A DNA stretch of 64,000 bases from Sarea resinae. Taxonomy: Eukaryota. The notes beneath the pieces were generated by a model. That model made no database searches, was not told where the DNA came from, and saw only the letters and a program-made list of their open reading frames with translations. The stretch spans positions 62,001-126,000 of the forward strand of contig JAPEUD010000066.1 in NCBI GenBank assembly GCA_026026165.1, in the 5' to 3' direction. Positions 10,891 through 23,727 of this stretch are shown in pieces (the first letter of the stretch is position 1; each line of letters begins with the position of its first letter). Made by a program: the position numbers and the translations under genes.

Positions 10891-13699
10891 TCAGGATTTC
10901 CTCTTCCTCGAGGGACGGGCATTCTTTTCCTTGCGCTTCTCGTCGAGCTTCCTTTGTTTGCGGACATCCTCGACACCCTTGAGCTCATTTTTACCCGTTC
11001 CATCCTTGAATTTACCGATTCGTTTATCCTTTGCCTCCTGTACTCTCCTCTTTCGCTCATGGTAATCGTCTCTGTATTTGTCGGCCTCCTTGGGGGCCTT
11101 CTCGAGTTTGTGCTTGAACCTCTTGCCTGATCCGTTGGTACCACTGGCAGACAATCGCTCTGTCTCGCCCGTACGAGGCGCACGATCCACCTTGTTCGAC
11201 TTCCGCCATGCGTCATACCGTCCACTTCTGAAACTTGCCGCAATCTTCTGTCCACTCTCGCCCTTGACCATTTTGGCGCCTTTGGATCCATCTTCATCGT
11301 TGGCTCTCGCGACGTACTTCTTTGATTTTTTATCCCATCGCATACCCTTAGCTCTGCTTGGTTCAGCGAAAGACTTTGCGCTCTCGTCGTTTGTCAGATC
11401 CATAGTAGCTCCTCTAGCAGCTTCGACAAAGTTCGAATGCCTTCCAGTAGTATTGTACGATCCGGAATGCACACCATATCCGCGGTCTTCGGCCAAATTA
11501 ATAGAGGTAGGTGTGTAGGACATGAAGTGTTCCGAGTCTTTCCAGGAATCCTGCTGCTTCTTTTGCTTGCCAGATTTTTGCTGTGAGAAAGTCACTTCCA
11601 GTTCGTCGTCAGAGGCGGACTCCATATCTGCGCCGATGTAACTCTCTCCCATCAAGGTATCATCCTCTATAATATCCTCGGCCTCTGCCGTTGGGTGGTT
11701 TTCTTGGAGTTCGGTCAGTGTATCGGTCATGGGGGATTCTTCCTTTGTCTTTGGTCTCTTTCGTGGATCGATCTTCTCTCTGCGCTTCCTCATAATATCT
11801 GCAGCTTCGCTGCCGGAGCCCCGCTTTCCAATTTCAAAGACAGTCTCTTGGGGTCGAAAGTTGCTCACTCTTGCGAGCATCTTCGTTCGCTCAATCTCCA
11901 TTGAATCCACAGTATTGTTAAAAAGAGGATGCAAAGCCATCCAGCCTTGAGAGTTGATCACATCTCTCGAGCGTTTGGCGCTCTCAGATGATGCAGCATT
12001 CCGCGTTCTGACATAAAGCTTCTCGCCTTTTGTTGCAACAGAGCGTAAAGCGGCTAAGTCCGCATCTTCGTCCAACAGCTTGGTGACCCATTCACAATTT
12101 CTCTCGAGCTTGTCTCTGACCACTCCCCCAACTACCACATCTTCCGCAAAATTAACATTCTCGCCTGCATCTATTCCAAGAATGAGCCTCTTTCCGAGGA
12201 AGAGTTGCAGATCCAGTAAATAAGGAGCATCCGACTCTGCGACTAAACTGTAACTCCAGCCTCTCTTGCCCGCTCTGGCTGTCCTTCCGACTCGATGAAC
12301 GAAAATTTTGGGCTGTGGTGGAAAATCGTAGTTGATGACGTTCGCGAGTACCGGTATATCAATCCCTCTAGCTGCAACGTCCGTGACCACAAAGATGTTC
12401 GTCATTCCGGTGCGAAAATCTTGGACTTGCATCTTGCGGGCCGTTTGATCCAGCGATCCATATGCATGAGATACAGCAAAACCCGAAAGCCGAAGAAGCG
12501 TTGCGAGGTAATCAACATGATGTTTGGTAGCAGCGAAAACGATGGTTGAGTAGGTGGTGGGTGATTCGCTTGGCTTGGGCCTGTCAGACTCACGCTTTCT
12601 CTTCTTGCTATTGCTGGCGTTCTCTGTTGCTTTGAGAGCCGCCTCTGTCTGTCCGGTGGGGATTTTGATAACGTCATTGATAACGTGTAGAAGCGCTCCC
12701 TCTTTTTCAGCGCTCTTCACGGAGAAGAAGGCGCTTTCAAGGTCCTGTGAAATTTTGCTTTCCGCATCAAGTCGCACGAGGCTCGGCTCCTGAAGACCCG
12801 CCCTTGCAAACTCCACGAGTGATTTGGGCAATGTTGCAGAGAACAAAAGCGTCTGTCTATTTTGAGGTAATGCGTGCAGAATCTCGGTAAGATGTGCCGC
12901 AAATCCCATCTCGAAAAGTCGATCGGCCTCATCAAAAACGACATAACGGACTGAAGAAAGGTCGAGAGACATCTCCACTTTCAGATGAAGAAATCGGCCG
13001 GGGGTTGCAATGACGATATCAGGGTTGGCAGCCATGAAGCCGAATTGATCCTCGAGACTGTCACCGCCAACAAGAAGCACAGACTTCAGGTCCGTGCCAC
13101 GTCCTAGTTCCTTGACGACCTTCAAGGTTTGAAGAGCAAGTTCTCTCGAAGGTGACATAATCAGAGCTCTTGCACCAACCTTGGCGCTATGTGCTTTCAG
13201 CTTCTCGATCATAGGTACCACAAAAGCGGCAGTCTTTCCAGAGCCTGTTCTCGCCATGCCAACAACATCTTGACCATCAAGAATCAATGGGATCGTCTTT
13301 CGCTGAATAGGTGTCGGGACGGAAAACCCTTTTCGAGTGACAGCCTTCAACACATTGGAACTTAGACCTTTCAGCGCAGATGTCAGTCACCTACAAGTCC
13401 CAGCTGCTGATGGTGTGCTTACCCATAGCCTGGAATCCACCGCCCTTTTTGACACTCCGGCCTTTCACGTTCGAGGACTTGCGATTGGATGCAGCCTGTT
13501 GGGCAGCGATAAATGCTTCATCGCTATCTTCTCCTTCATCAAAGACTAGCATCCCGCTTGGGTCAAGCTGGGAAGCCTTCTTTGGTGCTCTCGAGGATCC
13601 ATCGTTCTCGACTTCTGAGCCACTGTCGTCGTTGACCAGGGCCTTGGAGATATCGAATTCATTTTCCGACAATGCCGGAGATGTGGAGCGGTGTGGCAT
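10891..13699 (-). CDS. DBP10: ATP-dependent DEAD-box RNA helicase Dbp10 (60S biogenesis); intron 13368-13422
   Basis: Q-motif (GGFQAMGL...PTPIQ), [15 protein letters not shown] and HRVGRTAR motifs. Dbp10-type C-terminal region (WDKKSKKYV...[11 protein letters not shown]). ATG 13699 (MPHRSTSP). Confidence 0.96.
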
Positions 13700-14002
13700 T
13701 ATCGAGCAGCCTTCTTGCCGAACGCAATATGCTGACAAGGGCTGGAGCAGGCGTTGAGGAGCCTACGTATGATGTAGACTTGTGGTCTCGAGGTTTTGCG
13801 ATTTCCGCGGTCTGAGATAATATTTGGAGAAGAGAGTGGTAGAGATAATTCTCGGATGATGATCGATTAGATTAGATTTACGGCTGTCAAGACTTGCACT
13901 ATAGGTTTCCCTTGGCTCTCGTACTATGATCACAGGATGGAGTCTCCGTTCTCCGTAGTGGCCAGCGGTATGTTCCGGAAGCTCGATTTAGTCACATCCG
14001 TG

Positions 14003-14019
14003 GCGCGTTCAGTCGCGTA
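14003..14019. promoter_or_regulatory. Two MCB-like (CGCGT/ACGCG) elements upstream of RFA2
   Basis: GCGCGTT at about 14003-14009 and TCGCGTA at about 14013-14019, cores 10 bp apart and about 140 bp before the RFA2 ATG. RFA2 is a known MBF target in yeasts. Confidence 0.5.
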
Positions 14020-14153
14020 ATCCACGTCTTCCCATAATTACTCGTAGTAGTGAACGTACTATGTAATAGCGATCCCGACTTTTCAGCACGCACCGTTGAT
14101 CGCTGAACAACCATCTAACGCTGTTTTCGATTTCATACCCTTGTGACCATACC

Positions 14154-15176
14154 ATGGGTAAGTACATGTGTGATTTTGTGGCGTATGGGATCTCTGAAGC
14201 TGATGTATATAGATAACTACAATCAGTACTCGACGACCTCTTATGGAGCTCAAGGGGGAGCAGCAGGTGGGGGTTTTATGAACCATGGTACTCAGGGAGG
14301 CAGTCAGGACAGCCCAGGCGGAAGCAGCTCAAAGGTAAGCAAGGAGAGGTTTGTATACGTGGAAGAACGCTGACAGTCGTACAGAAATTTGGCAAAGACT
14401 CGCTGCGGCCAGTTACTATCAAGCAAGTACTGGAAGCTCAACTCCCTCATCCGGATGCAGAAGGCGTCGTTGATGGCACCGAGATCACACAGGTTTGCAA
14501 AAGTCTCTCATGCTTTTCCTCCTTCAATTGTACTGATGGTCAACCTTAGGTGACATTCATTGGCCAAATTCGCAACATCTCCACTCAGACAACCAATATC
14601 ACATACAAGATGGACGACGGTACTGGCACTATAGAAGTCAAGCAATGGATCGATTCCGACGCCATCTCTTCGATGGATACGTCTGAGGAGGCCAAGCCTA
14701 AGTTAGTCGAAAATTCCTACGCTCGAGTCTTTGGCAAAATGAAGGAGTTCAATAACAAGAGACATGTTGGAGCACACATTGTTCGGCCCATCACCGATTT
14801 CAACGAAATACAATATCACCTCCTCGAAGCAACCCTGGTACATCTTTTCTTCACTCGAGGGCCGCCGAACCAGCTTTCCAAATCTGCTGTGGATGGTACC
14901 AACCAGGCTGGATACGTTCAACAGGGCGCTTACGACGGTGCCGGTGAGACCGCGGCAGACGCCAGAACATATCCGCAAATCTCGGGATCGGCGAATAAAG
15001 TCTTTCAGGCTCTGAAGTCTTTTCCTCAAAACAACGAAGGATTGCACGTGCAGAATCTTGCGAGTCAACTGGGAATGCAGATCCCCGAGGTGATGAAGGC
15101 CGCGGATGAGTTGATTAGTAATGGCATGATCTACACTACGGTCGACGACAATACGTGGGCTATCCTAGCGTTCTGA
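14154..15176 (+). CDS. RFA2: Replication protein A subunit 2 (RPA32); 4 exons, first coding exon ATGG
   Basis: Spliced protein M-D-NYNQY...GGGGF..SQ..., DSLRPVTIKQ, OB-fold (VTFIGQIRNI...DDGTGTIEV..W) and a C-terminal winged helix (GLHVQ...GMIYTTVDDNTW). Canonical introns, first one 14158-14212. Confidence 0.95.
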
Positions 15177-15564
15177 TTGAGTCTGATTGGATATATCATG
15201 ATTATGCCTTTTTTGTATGATATCAGACTTTTTTATGTGGCGCAACGAGAACATGAGATTAATGAAACGGTTTAAGGATCGTGCCAGATCATCATGGGTA
15301 GCTTGGTATAGGTTAGGATTTTTCTAGAGCGTGCTCGCATTTCGCATCTCCATAACAAGGTTGTTCTCTACTCTTCCGCAAAATTCGTCTCTCCTCTCCT
15401 TCCAGCACTCGCACGCCACACATCAATGGCGCCATGTTGAAAAGCACCCACCATGGTATACTGAGTGATTTTGCCTTGAAAACCACCTCCTCGGCATTAG
15501 ATAGCATGAAGGTTCATTACGCCCCTTTCGTCCTAGATTGGCATGGACTGCGCCCTATCTTGTG

Positions 15565-16201
15565 TCATCGCTGACTCACAGCATCCGTAGACAAGAACAG
15601 CGCACAAGCTGCCACGATCGCCGAAGCAACGACGGTGAAAACCTGACGATGATGGATCATGAGCCAAGACTCATCGAGAAGGGAAACGACCTGCTATGAA
15701 CAGAATCAGGATGCAACTCACAACCTGGGTCTTCCAGCCCGATTGGACGAGTGCCTGTCGACGGCTGTAGCGCGTGACCGTGTTCAGATAGTTTGCGAAT
15801 CCGGATATGAGACAGGCCATCGACAATAGCCAGAAGACGATGCCAAATGGGAGAGCTACTCGTCGCTCGATCGCAGTCGGTTGGTGCTTCAAGTGGAAGG
15901 AGATGACTATTGCGACGGAGACGACGGCCATGTAGATGGAGAGACGGAGCCATGATAGAAAAGCTAGTTGGTTGGGTCAGTGCTTACGACATATCTATTA
16001 CACGCGGTAGTCCGATTCTAGACAGCGACGAGGGACAGAGGTGGATAGGGGGAATGTACTTCGTTCGTTGGCACAATGGTCTCGTGCATCCGAGGAATTG
16101 TTCTCGAACAATAGAGGCCCGAAGAACGGGCGTGAGAGGAACAAGCTGCCCTCATGATGTCTGATATCACTGTTAGTCTGTTCACCGTGCTGCTTGTTTT
16201 T

Positions 16202-16235
<34 letters not shown>

Positions 16236-16366
16236 TATGGGGGGCAAGAAGAAAGACCGAAGACATACTCGGCGACGAGGACGGGCTTGGTACTGATAGG
16301 ATTACGAATAGGGATGCAAGAGCGTGAGAGGTCTTCTTCGTCTTCTGACGAGATAGCTTGCGACAT
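15565..16366 (-). CDS. DUF202 (YidH-like) small membrane protein; 3 introns
   Basis: Spliced motif SSDARDHCANER|TFLSWLRLSIYMAVVSVAI followed by hydrophobic segments, ending FLSTDAVSQR*. Introns at 16161-16268, 15964-16059 and a third near 15644-15720. Confidence 0.85.
16204..16234 (+). repeat. G31 homopolymer inside intron 1 of the DUF202 gene
   Basis: 31 consecutive G read directly from the sequence. Confidence 0.9.
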
Positions 16367-16459
16367 GTTACAGCCGACTATGATAACATTTCACTCTGGT
16401 TCAAAAATGAAATAGCAGGAAATAGCAGACAGACACGGAATTTTCAGACTAAAACAAAG

Positions 16460-16519
16460 AGCAATCGCAACGGCAACAGCAAGAGCAATGGCAACAGCAA
16501 GAGCAATGGCAACAGCAAG
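16460..16519 (+). repeat. About 3 copies of an 18-bp tandem repeat (GAGCAATGGCAACAGCAA)
   Basis: Seen directly in the DUF202-MATE intergenic region. Confidence 0.8.
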
Positions 16520-17275
16520 ATGACAACTAGTCCAGTAAGGTCTGGATCAAGGACTCCAGAGGAGAGGTGCACAGATGAAAGATATCGATCGATCAAACAG
16601 TCAATAGTCGCAGTCCCTTTGGTGTTGTACGAAGTCGAAGTACTTACTCTACGGTAGATGGATACTTTACGCAGCAGATAAGATCGCCATGCCGTCGGCT
16701 ATGCATACCAAGACGGGAGTGTGGGGACAGGGCGATAAGATGGATCCTTATGTAATTGCGAGCCCGATAGTCCATCTTTTTGCCTCGAATTACTCACTAC
16801 CTGCTACTGACTACTAACGGTAGCACTGGCCCGCACGCACGCTCTGACCCGGCCTGCAAACCCTTTCTGCCCTTTCTGCCCTTCTCGCCCTTTTCCTCCC
16901 ATATGCACGAGAGAACGCTCATGGTCTAGAGCGGTGGCAGGGAAGGCGGCGAGCATGGAGTAGTAAATGCCATTGTTATCGTCCCTCACCCAGTAACACA
17001 GACCGACTCACATGCACTTCCCCACCATTGCCACAATCTCCATCCTCACGACGTCTGCAATACTCTAATAGACAGCGCAGGCGCTAGAGCCGTCGAATTG
17101 AAAGAGCAGACTGTAGTCCTACTGCTCTTCGGCACTGCCTTCACTCCTCTCCATCACTGACCTCCCATCTTCCCATCTCCCACGCAAGTCTCTCGGATGG
17201 GAACTTCAGAAGATCACACACCCGCACGCACACACATACGCCCTCTCTCCTCATATATTCGGCATATAGCCATCA

Positions 17276-19560
17276 ATGGCTCATAACCCGAATCGAGAGA
17301 CATTGCTGGCCCAGCCGCGGTCTCATGGTGCTTCCCCCTCGTCTCCCTTCGGATCCCTCTCTGTCGGATCTCCCATTGCCGAAGCGTCAGTCGCCCGCGA
17401 TGTAGATGACGATCCAGAGTATGATCCCGAAGAGCCTGCGGAGGGTGGCGACGAGGTCGACGACGAGAATGCCATGTCTAGCTCACCGGCTGTGAGGATA
17501 CCGAGCAATCATCCTTCGCTGGGCTATTCGATGACGGGCTCCTATCATCGTGCCAGTTTCATGGCGGCCGGGGCTCGTCAAACCATGATTCCTACGCTCG
17601 AACTCCCGGCTACGGGCTACCTGACCGCCGAGGAACGGGAAGCGGCAAAGAATGAGGAGAGGAGCCTGCTGAGGGACAATCATATCATACCTCCGAAGCA
17701 TCCACGTCGATCAAGCGACGGCTCGAAGAGCATGGTAGATCGCGTGGGAAGGCATTTTCACCTTGGCAGTGATAAGGCTAAATCAGCTTCTGGCGAGGAT
17801 TCGGCGATTGATACCTCGAATGACGCGGCGGACGAGCCTTCGGAGACGAGTGCCCTTCTTGGGAATACCCAACAGCCCTATGGTGGGCACGATACAGCCG
17901 AAAATATTGAGAGGAGATGGGTAGAAGCCGTAGCTGCCGGAAAGATCTCGACTACCTGGCAAAGGGAGGCAAAGGTTTTGGGGAGATATTCTCGATCCTT
18001 GGTCGCCACTTTCTTGCTGCAGTATTCTTTGACAGTGGCCAGCATCTTTACCGTTGGCCATCTCGGAAAGGTCGAGCTAGCAGCTGTCAGTCTAGCCAGT
18101 ATGACCGCCAACATCACTGGTTACGCTATATACCAGGGCCTGGCTACGAGTCTAGATACTCTCTGCGCGCAGGCGTACGGCTCCGGGAAGAGACATCTTG
18201 TGGGACTTCAGCTGCAGAGAATGGTGTACTTCTTATGGGTTATCACCATTCCAGTCGGAATCATCTGGCTTAGTGCTGGTGCTATACTGAGTAAGATCGT
18301 GCCGGAGAAGGAGCTCGCTCATCTAGCAGGGAGATACCTGAAAGTTCTTTTGATTGGAGCCCCCGCATATGCTCTCTTTGAGAGCGCGAAGAGATTCGTG
18401 CAGGCTCAAGGCCTGTTTGAAGCCAACCTCTATGTCCTTCTATTTTGCGCTCCCCTGAATGCTTTCATGAATTGGCTCTTCGTCTGGGTACGTTCCTCGA
18501 AATGGCCTTCTTCCCTTATCAGTCCGCAGCTAATTTGATCGATAGCAATTTAAATGGGGTTTCATTGGCGCACCAATAGCCGTCGTCACAACAGATATTC
18601 TTCTCCCTATCTGCCTCTTCCTCTACGTTCGATTCGTCGCGGGCATGCAGTGCTGGGGAGGTTTCTCTCGCCGGGCCTTCGTTAATTGGGGCCCCATGAT
18701 CCGGCTTGCTCTTCCAGGTCTCCTAATGATCGAAGCCGAATGGCTCGCCTTCGAAGTCTTGACCCTCGCCGCCAGCTACTTCTCTACGACGCATCTGGCG
18801 GCCCAATCGGTCTTGAGCACCATCACCGCCATCACGTTCCAGATTCCCTTCCCAGTCTCGGTGGCAGCATCGACGCGCATCGCGAACCTCATCGGTGCGA
18901 CCCTATCCGATGCCGCCAAGACGGCCTCCAAGGTCGGCACGGTCGCCGCCTTCATCGTCGGCGTCTGCAACGTCATCCTACTCAGTACGCTCCGACATGA
19001 CATTCCGCGCCTCTTCACTTCGGATCCGGACGTGCTGGCCCGGGTCGCCGAGGTCCTGCCGTTGTGTGCAGCATTTCAGCTCTTCGACGCTCTTGCTGCG
19101 AATTGCAATGGTATCCTCCGTGGGTTGGGACGTCAGATTGTCGGAGGCTGGGTCAACTTGTTCTGTTACTATGCTGTAAGTCGTGGATAATTATTATTAC
19201 TCAAGTCCTTATGACGGGATCTTTCGCTAATAATGTCTGCAGGTCGCTATGCCCATTTCTTTTGGCACTGCGTTTGGGTTACGATGGGAGCTGTACGGAT
19301 TATGGGCCGGTCCTGCTCTTGCTTTGGGACTGTAAGTCAGATATAATTTCCTATCGTATACTCTTACTTCCAAGCCACCTCAATCCCCCTTGTGTTTCTC
19401 GCCGATTCCCCATTTCAATTCATTTGATTTATCGATCGATTGAGAGCTAATTTCCAACCCCCCTCGCCACAGCGTCTCCTTGATCGAGGGGATATACATC
19501 ACGCAAATCAACTGGGAGAAATCCGTCGATGCGGCCCAGAAGCGGAATTCGCAGGCTTGA
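17276..19560 (+). CDS. MATE family multidrug/ethionine efflux transporter (Erc1-like); 3 introns
   Basis: GHLGKVELAAVSL, GLATSLDTLCAQAYGS, EAEWLAFE, STRIANLIGA and GILRGLGRQ motifs. Spliced C-terminus ...TQINWEKSVDAAQKRNSQA* (TGA 19558-19560). Confidence 0.93.
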
Positions 19561-20729
19561 TCATCATCACCACCTGCCTACACGTCTTGCCATCCGAATG
19601 TGTTTTTTTTTCGCAGGGGGTGTATGCTCTAAACTCGTCCCTTGCATGTTCGTTGTATATCTGTATGGACTTCTGGCTTGCTTGGCAACTCCCCGCATCT
19701 CTTGTCTTTTCTCCAAAGTGCGTGGCGCATATAATATGGCAGGATGGGATCCGAGGCCATCGAGATATACATGAATTTCGGCATCCCTGATCCGCGGAAG
19801 AAAGGGATCAGCTTATTGTAGGAATCCTAGGTTGAGTCTGCTCGCTACCAGAAGAGCGAATGAGATGGGCGTTTTCGACTTTATATCTTGTTTGTCCCTG
19901 GGGCTTTTCACCATCCAGCCTCGACGTTTTTCATCATCATCATCATCATCATCTGGTTCTTCTTCCTGTCGATCGGTTTGGGATATAGCCTTTGTTGTTC
20001 CGGAGGAGAGAAGGAGATGAGCATCTAGCGCTGCCGTGTTGTATACATGAAGTGCATTATCCTAGGTTTACACAGAGAGAGCAGCTACCTACATCAAAAA
20101 AAACCATCACTGCTATCACGATGGCTAGCCCGAAGATCAATCCCAAGACGTAGATCATCGGGAGATACATATGCTCGCTCACTCACTTCGGAGTCGAGCA
20201 CAATAGTAGGAAGGACCCAGCATGCTCCAGCCTGGCCCGATCGTGACCCATAAAGTTACACCGAACTGATTTCATCTTCGGGGGGGTGGGGGAACCATTC
20301 AAGGGCTATCGAGCACGGCATCTCTTGCTCTAGATAGGTTGGAGAAAGGGCTAAAATCCTAATTCGATACATGGTACATCATACACCACCAAACGAACAG
20401 GCAAACATCATCGACCGACCCGGACGACGGTCGACGGTCGACGGTCGCAAGAGAGAAGGCGAAACCGTAAGTATAATCAAGGACCAGACACGGGACCGAA
20501 ACTCCATAGAGCTGGTGATACGTCAAGTAAGAAGAAAGGAAAAGAAGGAAGGGGAAGGGAAAAGGGGATAAGAGGGGAAATAGAAAATAGCACAAGTGTC
20601 GATTTTTCTCCATGCGCCTTGCTCGATACCTAATGGATACAATCCGCGCCTCTAAGGCAATTGAGCACACACACAATTGAGCACACACACACACACACTC
20701 CCTTCTGCAGACCTCTGCATCGCCCTTGA

Positions 20730-23240
20730 TCATAAGGGCCGTGGAGGAGCGTCCACCATTGCCGGAGGCGTTCCGGGCTTCACGTCTGGTTCCATTTGAG
20801 CACCGAACGCGCCCGGTGCTAGGGCGTCATTCTGGCCGTCGGCCTTGCCTTTCAGTGCCGTGCCTGATGACGGGGCAGCGTCCCCGTCCGACGAAGTCCT
20901 TTCCGCCTCATCCGGGGAGTGGGATCCGGACTTGGCTTTCTCCCGCCCCTTGGCATCAGACGCTGTTAGTTCGTCTTCGGCCTCTTCTTCGTCGTCGTCG
21001 TTATATCCTTCGTCGTATTCGTCATCGCCATCCGTGCAAAACAGATCGGCCGCACTCAGATGCATTGGAGTAGCTCTGCTAGTGCTACTACCCGATTTCT
21101 CCTCGGCCTGAGGACAGCCCCCCGTAGTTTTGCGGAAGGATTCATGGTATTCCGCCGCAAGAGCTGCGAGTTTCGGGCGCGAGATGGCCTGGCCGTTGTA
21201 CGCAAGGATCGGAAGATTTTGGAATTCCGGGAGGTCGCCATCGGTGGGGAGAATGGAGAGGAGGGGCTGAGAGGTCAGGGACTGTTCGGTTGAGGGCAAC
21301 GAGGGAGGGGGCACATCAGCTGTTAGCGGACCATCAAGATCGCTTGACGGGTCGGTCGCTCCCTTGGCTTTTTCGTCGGAGGTGCGGTGCGAGAACTCCT
21401 CAGGCATTTGGAAGAGCTCGTTGTGGATGGTTGCGAGGGCGTTATCGCGCGTGGAGCTGGGGTAGAACATTGAGTATGCTCTAGTGTGCATTAGTTCGAG
21501 AAGAGATTCGGTCCACGAGGGGTACGCCTCGCTGAAGAGTTTTGGTTTCTTGAGCGGCGGATGATTCAGCACTTGGGCACTCTTCAGCAGACGGCCAAGA
21601 AAGTCGTGGAACTCGACCCATTTGTCGCCAAAATAGAGTGCTGCATTGCTATTGGGAGCTTGCCAGAGAAAGGCGGGGGTCTGATCTTCGCTGTCGACTT
21701 GATTTGGGGGACCGTCGGAGGAACGAGGGTCACTGAAGGCTGGGGGCTGGAACGGAGCACTGCCATTGAGCTGGATTGATGGTAATTCGAGACTGATACC
21801 GAGGAGACTGTCTAATGCCCGGTTCTTCGAATGGCCATAGGATGAATATTTGTATTCGAGGAGGGTATACTTGAGGTAGTGGTAGAATAAGGGGGACAGT
21901 TCTGCTTGTGGGGAGAGGACCAGCACATGAGATCTTGATTGGTCCGCCGGATAGAATGACTCTACGAAGCGAATGGACGCTTCTTCTGGTGTGAGGGTCA
22001 GATGGGGTATGCGGTGTCTAAGGGTGACTTGACTGGTTTGAGCTTGAGAAGATTGTTGAACGGGCGGCCAAACAAGATTATGGAGAAAATGTTGGGTTGG
22101 CTTATCAATTTTAGGAGGGAGTTCAATGGTAAGCCTAGGAGGTGGGCAGCCGAAGTAGTCGGCTTGTTCTAGGGATTTTATGAGCCTGATCAGAGAGCCT
22201 GAAGAATCTGTAGGAGCGTGGATGAGGATATCGACGCTGATATTGTCCCACACTATCAACAGGTCAGCTACGTAGACAGCAATACTTGCTTGATAGAAAC
22301 GGCCTACCTTTCAATGAGCCGCTGTCCAATCGTGTTATCCACTTCAGGTTTTCTGTTGCATCCTGGGGCAATTCTATAGATGTAATCTCAAGCGCTTTTG
22401 CCTTCTCTGTTATACCGCTGATGAAGAACGAGTCTTCTTGGCCAGAATTATCGAATATGACAGCCTGAGGATGCATGAACTTGTGAGTATGTCCAAGTCC
22501 GGCGGATACGCTCATTTCCATGCGATAGTCGGAGCTCCACGGCGAATAGTCTGGCCTTCCATCTAGAGTACATATGAGCTGACATTGGGGCCATGGTTTC
22601 TGTGGGGAATCGTACCATGCCAGAAGACTTTACATTCGCTCCCTATTCCATTGACCTTCAGTATTTCGGTGAGTGGTAAATCGTCTCTGCCCATGAAAAT
22701 AAAATTGACATGAGCACGCCGCCACCTTGCCATCTCACAGGCCAGTGGAATCAAGTTGGCTGCGCTTTTCAGGTTGGATGCCGCAAACAAAATATTTCGA
22801 TTGATATCGCGATGGCCCATGGTTCTCGCAATCTCATACAATGAAGATGAGAGCTTGTAAAACCTAATCTGACCGTTATAATAATGCGTATTTTCCGCTG
22901 GCAGATCTGCACCTGTGCGCGGTGGTGCGCCCACGGGTGGTGGCTTTGCAGCTTCCTGTTGTGCCGCCGTCGTTGGACTGCTCCTTTGCATCGGCACGGC
23001 CATGCCAGGTCTTATAGGTGCCGGTCCCAGGTCGTTAGGCATGTGCTTGAAGAAGAAATAGAGCAGCACCAGTCCAATGACGGCTGGTAGAATGCGCCGG
23101 CGACGATAGCGCATCGGGCCTTTCCAGAAGAGCCATGATGAAATCAAGCCGCTGGGAGAGCTGGCGCTGCGGGGTCTATGGTCGTCGTCCCTCTTCCCCA
23201 GCTCTTCGTCGCCGGGAAAAAGGCTTGTGGAGAATGCCAT
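20730..23240 (-). CDS. Conserved Pezizomycotina membrane-anchored protein of the family usually annotated 'glycosyltransferase 2'; 2 introns
   Basis: DEELGKRDDD N-terminus and a single TM segment. Family motifs FAASNLKSA, WH|DGRPDY, RLTIELP, RFVESFYP, LVLSPQAELSP and WQAPNSNA.LYFGDKW. Introns keep the frame. Catalytic function is not verified. Confidence 0.8.
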
Positions 23241-23727
23241 GTTACGGTCGAAGGATGGGACACACGAGCTATCTCGTGAAACTCTCCCTTCCTCGGGAGC
23301 TGGCTGTTGAATGCCCGCTCACCATGCGCGCCCTAGCCCTTGCAGTAGTAACCTTAGAAGCTCATTCCGACTTCACATGGGAGATTGAGGCCTTCAATCG
23401 ATGGCACGGCCATTAACAAGAGACTAGTAGGTATGGTAGACAGAGAACAGAGAGAAGAGAAAGCTTCAAACCGGTCCTCGAGCAATTACGACACAGCTGT
23501 TATTGTAATCACCTTTGGAGTAGTTGGTTGCAACGCCAATGTTCCCCAGGACACGGAACATACCGCAATCGATAAGACGAGATAGAAATACACAATCAAA
23601 GCAAACACCACAGGCACTGCTGGCTGGTCAAGTAATGTACGCCTGCAAACTCAATGGCGAGTCAACGACCGGCATCTGAAGAAAAGACGGTTGACTGCTC
23701 CTCGTCTATGCTTCTCCAGAGATCGAG

